From positions 1-32,000 of the forward strand of contig JAIRMU010000010.1 in NCBI GenBank assembly GCA_031258545.1: a stretch of DNA of 32,000 nt, read 5' to 3'. The stretch is from Puniceicoccales bacterium (GTDB lineage Bacteria > Verrucomicrobiota > Verrucomicrobiia > Opitutales > UBA9783). The notes beneath the pieces were generated by a model. The model was not told the DNA's origin. It saw nothing but the letters and a program-made list of their open reading frames with translations, and made no database searches. How positions within the stretch are numbered: position 1 is the first letter of the stretch; the number at the start of each line of letters is the position of its first letter. The translations under genes were made by a program, and so were the position numbers. Shown piece after piece: positions 23,513-32,000 of this stretch.

Positions 23513-25819
23513 CTACCGATGTTTTGTCGCACCATGCTGAAATTTTGCACGTTTTGTATGCAGTATAGGGCTTGTTTTTGTGCGATGTGATTTACGCACC
23601 CTAGGTTCCGCGTGGCTTTTCTTCGTTGATGGCTTATTTTTGGCATGCAAGCGATTATCCGATTGCACGGATGCATTACGACGATTCGTATTGGATTTAA
23701 CGGCTTGATGAGTGGGCTGAGATTGCACATGGGTCTGTTCTTTGCGGCGTGCTTTACGTTTTGTTGGTTCAAAACTACTGTTTTGAGTTAATTTTCCGTT
23801 TTCAAGGTACGTATTAATATCCGATTTCGTGGATGCATCCAAACGATCTATATATCTTTTCGTATCCCGCGTTGCACTGTCGACATCCGAAAGAACGTAA
23901 GGACGTATGAAAATAATCAATTCTTTTATAACCTCCTCTTTTACTTTTCCAGAAAATAGAGCATCTCCCAACAAAGGTAGATCGCCCAATATAAACATGC
24001 GCTTTTTACGATCCATTACTTCTCTTTGTTTTAACCCTCCAAGAATGAGAACATCCCCCGACTGGATGGACACAAACGATTTAGCTTCTCTGCGCATGAT
24101 GTGTGGCATAGAAAGTTTGTTGGCACCAATGGTCGTCGATTCTTGGGAAAAATTGTCCACTTTTTGCGTAATCTCCAATTGTACAACACCTTGGGTTCCG
24201 ATGAGCGGTTTAACCGTCAACTCAATACCCGCATCCACTTTTTCAATGGTGCTGTTGGAAATATCGGCCGCAGTGGGACTGGTGCTGGAATCACTTTTTG
24301 TCTGTACACTGCTCAAATAGGGACGCGTTTCAGAAATTTTAATCAAAGACTCCCTGGCATGGGTTGTTAACAAAGTAGGCGCCGATAAAATGGACACATT
24401 GGAATTTGTTTTTGCCGTATTAATGACGGTATCTAACGCAAAATTCCTAAAAGTTAACGAAGAAATTTTGAATGAATTATTGCCGCCATTTGACGATAAT
24501 CCAGGCATTGAAACGTCTTTTAACGTATTTACTGATCCCTTATGGTTGTAACCGAACGATTCTAAACCACTCGCTTGTCCTTTGTTCAAAATAACCTCAG
24601 CGATGATAACTTCAATGCGGACTTGCGGCAATACAACGTCCAACTGTTCTATTAATTGCTGAATCTGACGAATATCGGTCGGTGTACCGTATACCACAAC
24701 CGCGTTCAATCTTTCATCACACTCTATGCTTAACTGTTTACTAAATTGAGCTACCTGATCATTCTTTATGGCATTGGGTCCGGGTTGTTCCAGGGGCAAG
24801 TCTGTTTTTTCTTGCCGATTTTGCTGCTGCACTAACCTTTTGACCAATGCCGTAAGCTCTTTACTGGAACCATGCTGAATTCTGAATACGTGGCTACGTG
24901 CCAAAGCACCCACATTAACATCCAAACGATTCATAAAGCTTTGTATGATGTCTTCATTGCCCATGGGTGTAACCACAATGAGTTGGTTTGTTCTGGTGTC
25001 GGCCTCAAAGCTGGTATTCCCCAGCAAATAACGTTTCAAGGCCCCTTTTTGCAAGTCTTCAAATTTCTGTTTCAATTCCTTTGCACTCACATTCTTGACG
25101 TCAAAAAACATGATCTTTTCCTGCACGTCTCCAACTTTATCAATCTTTGCAAAAATAGTTCCCAATCGTTGCAAATTACTTAAAGAATCTGTAATCAACA
25201 GTGCATTTGCTTTATCTAGAGTAACCACCGACGATACCACGGGCGTTAAAAATGAATGTACCATGCGTGCCGCTTCACGCGCCGTCAAATTGTTAAATGG
25301 AAACAAACAGCTGCATATCTCTTGACTGGCAGCATGCGATTGCAGTTGTTGAACATCAATGAGTTCCGGAGAACTACTCTTGGCTCTATTCACCGGAACC
25401 ACCCTTAAATACTTTTCTCCCATGGGCGTTACGGCAATCCCATTGGCGTTTAACACACTCTTAATGCTCGCAACCGCTTCTTGTTTCGTCAAGGGATGTG
25501 CAATATTCAAATTAACGGAAACTTTGGGTAAATTATTTGCAACGATTAGGATGCGCCCCGTTAGTTTTTCCAACAAAGCCAACACCTGCTGCACCGATTC
25601 TTCCACCAACGTGAGTGAATCAATCTTGCTATCGTCCACTAAAGTAGCCAGAGACGTTTCCGAAGTATCCTGTTGTTCCCCTACGGCATCCTTAGCATTT
25701 GCAGACAATTTATCATCTTCAGCGACAAGGGCACCTACGTATAGCATGCCTATTAAAAAAGTGCCGACGACAAACGGTTTTAACAGCTTCATCGTACGAT
25801 CATTGATTATTCTTTTCAT
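23513..25819 (-). CDS. gspD: Outer-membrane secretin GspD/PilQ family with an atypical basic C-terminal tail
   Basis: 768 aa. Signal-like N-terminus, N-domain repeats, secretin core (ILSAPTLLT..., VKPLIG...VQLEI, ILGDLPLLGDALF...ELIIFIRPYVL). The last 85 residues contain about 24 K/R and 8 H against 4 acidic residues. Confidence 0.9.
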   Translation of the reverse strand: MKRIINDRTMKLLKPFVVGTFLIGMLYVGALVAEDDKLSANAKDAVGEQQDTSETSLATLVDDSKIDSLTLVEESVQQVLALLEKLTGRILIVANNLPKVSVNLNIAHPLTKQEAVASIKSVLNANGIAVTPMGEKYLRVVPVNRAKSSSPELIDVQQLQSHAASQEICSCLFPFNNLTAREAARMVHSFLTPVVSSVVTLDKANALLITDSLSNLQRLGTIFAKIDKVGDVQEKIMFFDVKNVSAKELKQKFEDLQKGALKRYLLGNTSFEADTRTNQLIVVTPMGNEDIIQSFMNRLDVNVGALARSHVFRIQHGSSKELTALVKRLVQQQNRQEKTDLPLEQPGPNAIKNDQVAQFSKQLSIECDERLNAVVVYGTPTDIRQIQQLIEQLDVVLPQVRIEVIIAEVILNKGQASGLESFGYNHKGSVNTLKDVSMPGLSSNGGNNSFKISSLTFRNFALDTVINTAKTNSNVSILSAPTLLTTHARESLIKISETRPYLSSVQTKSDSSTSPTAADISNSTIEKVDAGIELTVKPLIGTQGVVQLEITQKVDNFSQESTTIGANKLSMPHIMRREAKSFVSIQSGDVLILGGLKQREVMDRKKRMFILGDLPLLGDALFSGKVKEEVIKELIIFIRPYVLSDVDSATRDTKRYIDRLDASTKSDINTYLENGKLTQNSSFEPTKRKARRKEQTHVQSQPTHQAVKSNTNRRNASVQSDNRLHAKNKPSTKKSHAEPRVRKSHRTKTSPILHTKRAKFQHGATKHR

Positions 25820-26364
25820 TGTTGTAAATCCTTTAATTGTAGTGCAATTAAATCGAAGTTAACCTCCAATAAAGTTGGGTTAAAGTTGTTGGCCCGTATT
25901 TTTACTTTTTCTAAACCAATATAAGGCTTCATCGCATAAATTGCGTTTTCAAAATCTACCAAATTTTTTAAACTCGCATTTTCACAACGCAATTGCAGCG
26001 TGTGCGCATTAAAAATATCACCCTGCCGCGTTTTAGGAGAAGTCATGGAGTACGTTAATTGATTATCCCGTGCAACCGACTCCACCTGACCTGCCAATTG
26101 GGTTCCCGAGTAAGTTTTTTCCGGATCAATCCAGGTTAAAATTTTTGTCAAATTACTTTTAACGATGGCTTCATTTTTTATCCAAAAATTAAAATGCTTT
26201 ATCTTTGATTGTACCAGCTGCCAGTCTTGCTTGAGCCTTTTAGCCCTGTGCAAACACGTTGTAAGCCAAATAAAACCGGCAAACCAAATAAAAATTAAGC
26301 AAAGCAACTTTTCTCGGCTATTGAGTTTGGTTAGAAAACCTAAAAACTTTTCAACGATCTTCAT
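25816..26364 (-). CDS. Bitopic membrane protein, GspM/PilO-like by position and topology
   Basis: 182 aa with a single N-terminal TM segment (LLCLIFIWFAGFIWLTTCL). 4-nt overlaps with both neighbours. Confidence 0.4.
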   Translation of the reverse strand: MKIVEKFLGFLTKLNSREKLLCLIFIWFAGFIWLTTCLHRAKRLKQDWQLVQSKIKHFNFWIKNEAIVKSNLTKILTWIDPEKTYSGTQLAGQVESVARDNQLTYSMTSPKTRQGDIFNAHTLQLRCENASLKNLVDFENAIYAMKPYIGLEKVKIRANNFNPTLLEVNFDLIALQLKDLQQ

Positions 26365-27521
26365 GATGGATTTTCCAAAGCCAGAAATGACGTCTTATTT
26401 TTTTCCTTAAAATCGCAAACTAAGGAAAACTTTGTACCCTGATAGGTGGTTGTCATGTTCTCTATTGTTACCGATTCAAAATGGCCACTTTTGTCCAATT
26501 GCTGACGATAAGTTTCGGCTGCAATCGCTGTTTCGGCGATGGCTTCTATGACAACATTGTGCAAATTATCGACCATGGAAGACAAAAAATAAATGGATTT
26601 GGGCCTGAAGTCATTTAAGATGCTTAGCAATTCAAAGGGACGAATTTCTTGTTCTACGGTGCTTTGAATTTTGCGTACCAGAAAGTCTTTGCTCTCAATG
26701 GATAAAGCCTTCGGCTGCAGGGAATTTTTAGTTCTCTCTTTGTACAACAAACATGCTTTTGCCCCCATTAAACAAATTTCAAATGAGAAAAGTAGAATCA
26801 AAAACAAGAACGCCATACGAATGCCTGCCTGGGAAACCTTGTCCACTTGCCGTTGCATTTTTAGAGATTTTATGAGTGCTTTGTCACGAATATCTGCATT
26901 CCAAATAACATCTGCGCGCAGGGTCACGTCACGCGTTTTTACGGAGCCATCCAGTGACTTACATTCCGCAACCCATTTAACATCCCCGGAATACCCAACA
27001 TTGGAACTGATAATTTTAATGCGTGTCAGTTGATCACCAACCTCCACCTTGGATGCAGATAAGCATTGCTGGATGTGCGTAAAACTAGCCTCTTCGGTTT
27101 TATAAAAACCAAAAATCTTTTTATCCACCAATACGGAAGCAAATTTATCTCCCGTAAAAATTTGTCCCCCCTTCTGCGCGAGCAAAAAGCCTAATGCGAA
27201 ATAAGGAACCATATGTAATCCATCCGGTAAATCGCCCGCAACACCCAGTATACGTTCTTTTAGACCAGCATACCATAACAAAACATACCCATCTTTTGCC
27301 GTTTCTCGTTCGACAAACCCCCACAATAATTGGTCCATAGGTAAAGGAGAAATTTCAGCAATTGTACTGTGTACCCACTCATTTAATTGTTTTGGAGGTA
27401 ATCGTTTTGGCCTTTCATCCGTCTGATAAAAAAACAGAGAATCAGGTAATAGCGCAATTTCCCCCACTCTATCCACGTTGTGTACGGAATCATTGGTGTT
27501 TTCTGATTTCTCCACTTTCAT
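26361..27521 (-). CDS. Bitopic membrane protein, GspL-like (or fused PilM/N-like) by position and topology
   Basis: 386 aa. ~235-aa cytoplasmic part, a central TM segment (MAFLFLILLFSFEICLMGA), ~125-aa C-terminal part. No motif-level match seen. Confidence 0.4.
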   Translation of the reverse strand: MKVEKSENTNDSVHNVDRVGEIALLPDSLFFYQTDERPKRLPPKQLNEWVHSTIAEISPLPMDQLLWGFVERETAKDGYVLLWYAGLKERILGVAGDLPDGLHMVPYFALGFLLAQKGGQIFTGDKFASVLVDKKIFGFYKTEEASFTHIQQCLSASKVEVGDQLTRIKIISSNVGYSGDVKWVAECKSLDGSVKTRDVTLRADVIWNADIRDKALIKSLKMQRQVDKVSQAGIRMAFLFLILLFSFEICLMGAKACLLYKERTKNSLQPKALSIESKDFLVRKIQSTVEQEIRPFELLSILNDFRPKSIYFLSSMVDNLHNVVIEAIAETAIAAETYRQQLDKSGHFESVTIENMTTTYQGTKFSLVCDFKEKNKTSFLALENPS

Positions 27522-27529
27522 AAATTATA

Positions 27530-28741
27530 TCAGCTTTCCCATTTCCCTTCCTGCAACGTAACTAACTCCAATGACAACACACCCCTGTTTTGAACAGGTT
27601 CGCTTTTACTATAACTTTCCTCCTTCTTGTTTGTCAAGGATTTTACTTGCTGTTTACTCTCTTTTTCTCGCATGAGCGCCTTATTAACTTTGAAAATTGC
27701 CGTAAGCGTGTAATTCACATCCGCACGTAATACTTCCACCTCCACTTTAAGTATACGTGCGGAAACGCCCATAAATTTTTCCGCAACATCATGGAGTGTA
27801 TTGTCTTTTTTATTCTCTGAAGTATGCTGTCCCAGTTTTAAATTTCCATGGCCACGTTTATTTATTTCCGCAATACTTCTGTAATATTTACCCCGACCTT
27901 GCGATTGTTCGGGTTTTCCCATAAAATTTTCGACCTGTTCCAAATCAATTGAAAAAATTTTACCTAAACATATCCAAACATCTTTGGGAGCCGTATTTAT
28001 GTTGACGGGAAGAGATCCCAACAAGGTCGTGCATTCCCTAAGGCGCTTTAACGTATCATCACAAAAATTACCCTTGCTGAAAAACCTCTTCTGAAAAGAT
28101 TCCATCTCCGCAAGCTGTTGGTAACTATTTAGGCAGGTCGGTAAAAACACACCTGGAGATTTATTGCCCTGGGGATTTTCGGATTCGTTTTTATTGTCGG
28201 TAACCGTCTTGTTATCGGTTGCATTTTCATTTTGCGACGCCGCCTTAGGCAAGGTTCGATTTTCCACCAAAGTCACCTCCGTTGGTCTACGACGTAACCA
28301 CTGCAAATAGGACTGCGTCAACGCCTGACTATCTAAATAATCACCGAACAGATTAAACAAATTTAACAACAATCTTTTATCGGGATTGTTGAGAGGAATT
28401 TTCCCCGATTCATCTTCAATACGCACTTTTAATTGGATACCTTCTGGAATTTCTATCTTAGATGTAGATATTACTTTATTCCATCCCTGCAGCGGACCAT
28501 ATAAGTCTCCATGAATTTCCAAAATTTCTTCCAATCCGGCCCACACAACATTGAGCCCATTATAAGCGTAATGCTTCAAATCTGCATTCCCCAACAATTG
28601 TGCATGTACCTTGATGTCTTGCGTTAAATTTTTCAGGAAAACAACCACCAGAAATGACAATAGCATCAACAGGCCCAAGACCATCAACAAAATAGCCCCA
28701 GACATCGGGTGTCTCAACTGTGAACGGCATCTACAAGACAT
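27530..28741 (-). CDS. gspK: Minor pseudopilin GspK-like
   Basis: 403 aa. N-terminal hydrophobic helix SGAILLMVLGLLMLLSF without E+5, DESGKIPLN and VNINTAPKDV motifs typical of GspK. The start may be the internal M at 28705. Confidence 0.7.
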   Translation of the reverse strand: MSCRCRSQLRHPMSGAILLMVLGLLMLLSFLVVVFLKNLTQDIKVHAQLLGNADLKHYAYNGLNVVWAGLEEILEIHGDLYGPLQGWNKVISTSKIEIPEGIQLKVRIEDESGKIPLNNPDKRLLLNLFNLFGDYLDSQALTQSYLQWLRRRPTEVTLVENRTLPKAASQNENATDNKTVTDNKNESENPQGNKSPGVFLPTCLNSYQQLAEMESFQKRFFSKGNFCDDTLKRLRECTTLLGSLPVNINTAPKDVWICLGKIFSIDLEQVENFMGKPEQSQGRGKYYRSIAEINKRGHGNLKLGQHTSENKKDNTLHDVAEKFMGVSARILKVEVEVLRADVNYTLTAIFKVNKALMREKESKQQVKSLTNKKEESYSKSEPVQNRGVLSLELVTLQEGKWES

Positions 28742-29510
28742 GATTGTTGTGGTCCTTGGGGGCAGTTTTTGCGTTGGGTTGTGCCGAAGGCGGTTCCTGC
28801 ACGTGAAACATTTTTGCGTCTAGCAAAGCAATAAAACGTTGCTCTTCGCAATTATCTTTACTAAAAATTATTCGTATCCCATCGGGATATTGCCCCAAAG
28901 ACTTGTTTTGATTTTCGTAGGATTTTCTCAAAGTATCCGTCCATCCTTTGAAAGACCAAGTCCCCTTTTCTAAATCCAAATACCCACATTGCAACTCCTT
29001 TACACAGTCGCTCAAAATACACCGACAAGTGACGACCGTTGAGTCTTCTTCAACGCCTACCCCAAATCGCTTTTGCTTAAGGAGCCGCTCCTGCCATAAT
29101 AATATCAATTGGTGTTCCACATGACATAAGGCAATGGAACAGGGATTCCAATTCGACGATAAAAATAAAAAAGGCTGCCGTAGTTGCTTAGTTAGGCCAA
29201 ATGTAACATCCCGACTGATTCCTTCAGATTTTATTTTCCCCGCCATAAATAACTGGCCTTTGCACCCATCTTTACCGATTAAAGATGTTATCTCATTGAG
29301 GTGTGTGGATAAAAAATGCGTACAGTAATCTACGTGTTCTAAGAATGCTTTTCTGTCTCCATTTTCTTCCCAAACCTGGACAAAAGTTACAAAAAGTGTC
29401 ATGACCGTCGACAAAATTAATCCACCTAACCCAAGTGCTAAAATAACTTCCAATAAAGTAAAGCCGTTACACCGTTGATACGCTTCAATTCTCTTGCAAT
29501 GCTTCTTCAT
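28731..29510 (-). CDS. gspJ: Minor pseudopilin, GspJ-like by order and size
   Basis: Prepilin motif NGFTLLEVILALGLGGLIL. 259 aa. Follows the gspI-like gene. Confidence 0.6.
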   Translation of the reverse strand: MKKHCKRIEAYQRCNGFTLLEVILALGLGGLILSTVMTLFVTFVQVWEENGDRKAFLEHVDYCTHFLSTHLNEITSLIGKDGCKGQLFMAGKIKSEGISRDVTFGLTKQLRQPFLFLSSNWNPCSIALCHVEHQLILLWQERLLKQKRFGVGVEEDSTVVTCRCILSDCVKELQCGYLDLEKGTWSFKGWTDTLRKSYENQNKSLGQYPDGIRIIFSKDNCEEQRFIALLDAKMFHVQEPPSAQPNAKTAPKDHNNHVL

Positions 29511-29937
29511 TTTCGTCGAAATTTTTTTCGTGCAATTTTCTTAGTTGTAACCGCTCAGATTGAGTGATCCATTCTCTACGACGTACCCAAAAACTATATT
29601 TGCAATCTTCATTTTGGATTTTTACTTCGACATTGTATAAACCCAAATAAGGGGTTAATTGTACGTTCCCTTGCCATTGTATTGTATCCGCACAATCGGG
29701 TAAGTAAAAAGTGTGGTTGCTTGAAATTTGCCCCCGTTTTATTTTGCCTAATGCATAGCGAATTGTATCCAATGTTAAGCACTTTGAATCACCTTGTGTG
29801 AGAGCACGTTTACAAATGAGACCGTTCACAAAACTCTGCGATAGCATCAATACCGAAACCGCAAACAATGCCAAAGCAATCACCACTTCAATCAATGTAA
29901 AAGCGCTTCGCTTGCAAGCAGCACTAGACTTCAACAC
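29485..29937 (-). CDS. gspI: Minor pseudopilin, GspI-like by order and size
   Basis: Prepilin motif RSAFTLIEVVIALALFAV. 150 aa. Confidence 0.6.
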   Translation of the reverse strand: MLKSSAACKRSAFTLIEVVIALALFAVSVLMLSQSFVNGLICKRALTQGDSKCLTLDTIRYALGKIKRGQISSNHTFYLPDCADTIQWQGNVQLTPYLGLYNVEVKIQNEDCKYSFWVRRREWITQSERLQLRKLHEKNFDENEEALQEN

Positions 29938-30463
29938 CGATAAGTCCTCCCGTCAACGCATCCACACGAAAAAACTCTGCAATGCCTTTCCATGTAATTT
30001 TAACATAGGCATTCTCAAAATATCCATACTGCGAAACCTTTAGGCAATTCAACTGCGTGTGCATTAACCGAGGCTGACCATCGCTTGCGTATTCTCCTTG
30101 ATAAAACTCAAATGCTACCTGTTTGGCGTCCAATTCTTTGGGGAACTTCGTCAATTCTACAATGGATGCATCGGTATCCTCGATTTGAAAACCTTCATTT
30201 GTACAGGTGAGAAGTAAATTTTCGTGCCGCTGCGAAGCCAACAGACGCATGCTTTGTATCCTGCGATTCAAGAGCCATGTTGGATTGTGTTTATAGCTGG
30301 AAAAAGCGGATTGGACTTGATTAAAATGCGATATGGATAAACTGGATATTAACCCAAATAAAGCCAACACCAATAGCAATTCTATGAGCGTAAATCCTTG
30401 CCTTTTTGCATTATCCATGCTTCCAATGACTGAAGTCTTTAATCTTCCGAGGCATTCTTCCAA
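29924..30463 (-). CDS. gspH: Minor pseudopilin, GspH-like; likely start at 30418
   Basis: Prepilin motif MDNAKRQGFTLIELLLVLALFGLI. Using the internal ATG at 30418 removes the overlap with gspG. Confidence 0.6.
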   Translation of the reverse strand: MEECLGRLKTSVIGSMDNAKRQGFTLIELLLVLALFGLISSLSISHFNQVQSAFSSYKHNPTWLLNRRIQSMRLLASQRHENLLLTCTNEGFQIEDTDASIVELTKFPKELDAKQVAFEFYQGEYASDGQPRLMHTQLNCLKVSQYGYFENAYVKITWKGIAEFFRVDALTGGLIGVEV

Positions 30464-30903
30464 TTTCCGATGTCATCCCCATCGCCGCTTTGGCCTCCGG
30501 GTCCCATAGACCAGACGTCGTAACTATTTTTATTCTTAGAACCCGGGTAACGGTATTGGTAAGGATTTCCCCACGGATCAACCAAGTCATCCTTATTCTT
30601 AACATAAGGCCCTTGCCAACGTCCCGCCTTCCCCGAAGGGGCTTTCAGCAAAGCGTCCAAGCCTTCTTCCGTAGATGGATAATTGCCAATGTGCGCTCGA
30701 TAAGCCATCAAAGGAACATCGATCACTTTGGATACAAACAAACCGGCAACCTTCTTCTGTCCGCCCCCAAAAATAGATTCGGAATTAACGACAATCAAAC
30801 CTAGAATCATCCCCATTAAGGCGAGGGCAATTAAAATTTCAATTAAAGAAAATCCAGACCTTTTATCCCTATTAATTTCTACCATATTCCCATTATGCAG
30901 CAT
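30439..30903 (-). CDS. gspG: Major pseudopilin GspG
   Basis: RSGFSLIEILIALALMGMILGLIV plus the GspG hallmark DPWGNPYQYRYPG...YDVWSMGPGGQSGDGDDIGNW. Confidence 0.9.
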   Translation of the reverse strand: MLHNGNMVEINRDKRSGFSLIEILIALALMGMILGLIVVNSESIFGGGQKKVAGLFVSKVIDVPLMAYRAHIGNYPSTEEGLDALLKAPSGKAGRWQGPYVKNKDDLVDPWGNPYQYRYPGSKNKNSYDVWSMGPGGQSGDGDDIGNWKNASED

Positions 30904-30957
30904 GTTGTTACCAGGTTCAATCTTTTTTTATTGGATTGCAATTGCGAGAAAAATATT

Positions 30958-31434
30958 TCATACATTGGTTGCCATAATTTTTATGTTGCATCCCCTCGCA
31001 ACATCTTCCTTGATAATTTCCCAATGGAGCTTTTGGTACCAGCAGTGGATGGTTGCGTCCATCGTATAGAGGTAAATTTTTTTGAATCCAAGATTTTTTG
31101 CCTGCCGTTTTACGTATTCAATTAGATTGTCTCCAATTTTTTGTCGACGATAGGGTTCCATGACAAATAAATTGGATAAACACGGCGAAAACATTTCATT
31201 ATGCGGAATATCCTTTTCGGTTAAGCTGGCGGTACCCACACATTGATGATTGTGCAAATACACAAAACATATGTTGGGCTTATCAACATTGAGACGATTC
31301 AGAAGCTTAGTTTTTGCATGCTGAATGGACGGATTTTCGCAATGTTTTCTCCACATTTTTACATACCATGCAGCAATTGTTGGAATCAAGTCTTGATGAT
31401 TCGCAAGATAATCTATGCGTATTTCATGGGCCAT
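30958..31434 (-). CDS. GNAT-family N-acetyltransferase
   Basis: 158 aa. The segment LFVMEPYRRQKIGDNLIEYVKRQAKNLGFKKIYLYT fits the GNAT acetyl-CoA-binding motif A (R/Q-x-x-G-x-G/A). Confidence 0.72.
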   Translation of the reverse strand: MAHEIRIDYLANHQDLIPTIAAWYVKMWRKHCENPSIQHAKTKLLNRLNVDKPNICFVYLHNHQCVGTASLTEKDIPHNEMFSPCLSNLFVMEPYRRQKIGDNLIEYVKRQAKNLGFKKIYLYTMDATIHCWYQKLHWEIIKEDVARGCNIKIMATNV

Positions 31435-31661
31435 GGCTTTGTTTGCTGAATAAACTCTTTAATTGGACCTGGCGCAGGCACTCCTCCCGTTAAAACCTGC
31501 AAAACAATGCTGCGTACAAAATTGTAATTCGCCATTTTACGTTTTAAAATCACCGATCTTTGTTTTTTATGCGCATAAACAATATTTCGGATTAAGGGCA
31601 TCCATTTACCATGGATAACCGACTTGTTCAAGAACTTATGTTTTATACACTTGAAGTTCAA
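31413..31661 (-). CDS. Hypothetical small protein; weak call
   Basis: 82-aa ORF overlapping the GNAT start by 22 nt. No recognisable motif. Confidence 0.25.
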   Translation of the reverse strand: MNFKCIKHKFLNKSVIHGKWMPLIRNIVYAHKKQRSVILKRKMANYNFVRSIVLQVLTGGVPAPGPIKEFIQQTKPWPMKYA

Positions 31662-31769
31662 TAAAATTTTTCTTATTTAATTATACCATTAAAATCGGTG
31701 AAGCATTTTAATCAGTGGATTTTTTTAACCTATAGGCATTGGATTGGTCTCAAAAGACAAAGTACATCC

Positions 31770-32000
31770 ATGATGTGGTTAAATCCAATCATATTGCTGA
31801 TCCTAAGCTTACTTGGCATTGCCTTTATGTACGCCATACAAAATGGCAATGTAACGCATTTAAAATGGAAATCGCAGGTTATTTGGTTATGTTTGGGTTG
31901 CTGTGTTTATTCCATAACGGCAAATTTTAATTACAAAATTTTCCTACAAAATGCCCATTGGTTATACGCGCTCTCCATCCTATGTTTACTATTATTGTGG
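31770..32000 (+). CDS. SEDS-family (RodA/FtsW) protein, N-terminal 77 codons, runs off the window
   Basis: The ATG at 31770 opens MMWLNPIILLILSLLGIAFMYAIQNG...WKSQVIWLCLGCCVYSITANFNYKIF..HWLYALSILCLLLLW, the typical first two TM helices of RodA/FtsW. Absent from the track because the ORF is open-ended. Confidence 0.6.
   Translation, partial: MMWLNPIILLILSLLGIAFMYAIQNGNVTHLKWKSQVIWLCLGCCVYSITANFNYKIFLQNAHWLYALSILCLLLLW

Noticed and set aside
23509-23772. 87-aa alternative-frame ORF overlapping the secretin 3' end, which could mean the basic tail is a frame artefact.
   Set aside because: The secretin frame is continuous from the conserved core through the tail without a frameshift. The alternative ORF has no start context or motifs. 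Resequencing is still suggested in the findings.
1-32000. Looked for defence systems, toxin-antitoxin pairs, phage or integrative-element genes, reverse transcriptases, rRNA and other ncRNAs.
   Set aside because: None recognised by eye. All sizeable ORFs outside the pilin cassettes have ordinary housekeeping or T2SS assignments. Small ncRNAs cannot be excluded without covariance-model searches.

Overview
This window is mostly housekeeping bacterial chromosome. The + strand carries der, fmt, a UDPGP-family sugar-1-P uridylyltransferase, a phosphohexomutase, tRNA-Thr(CGU), a small basic protein missing from the ORF track, efp and rnhC, then alaS. The - strand carries ftsA, ruvA, dapB, dapA, rsmA and rpsU. 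These are followed by a tightly coupled 11-gene type II secretion / type IV pilus-like operon (gspG-H-I-J-K, L-like, M-like, secretin, unknown, gspE, gspF), a GNAT gene and the start of a SEDS (rodA/ftsW) gene. RNase HIII, the small basic protein and FtsA hint at a PVC-superphylum-like organism, but that is inference only.

The unusual parts are 1-152 and about 8.5-11.8 kb, which hold three copies of a near-consensus sigma70 promoter plus a conserved leader module. Two copies drive tandem paralogous type IV pilin-like genes with a G|FTLIE motif. Their reading frames stay open for 90-104 codons upstream of the prepilin cleavage site, through GATC-dense decayed short-repeat DNA. The third copy fires out of the left edge directly into a perfect 8-bp microsatellite (TCAAGACC)n. 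That tract looks like the progenitor of the decayed leaders and is a candidate slipped-strand contingency tract.

The left and middle copies lie on an inverted duplication that also copied the der promoter and first 93 codons, leaving a der fragment. The duplication brackets 7.8 kb of essential genes, and its inner breakpoint is a 9-bp fold-back palindrome. I recognised no CRISPR array, transposase, integrase or known defence genes.
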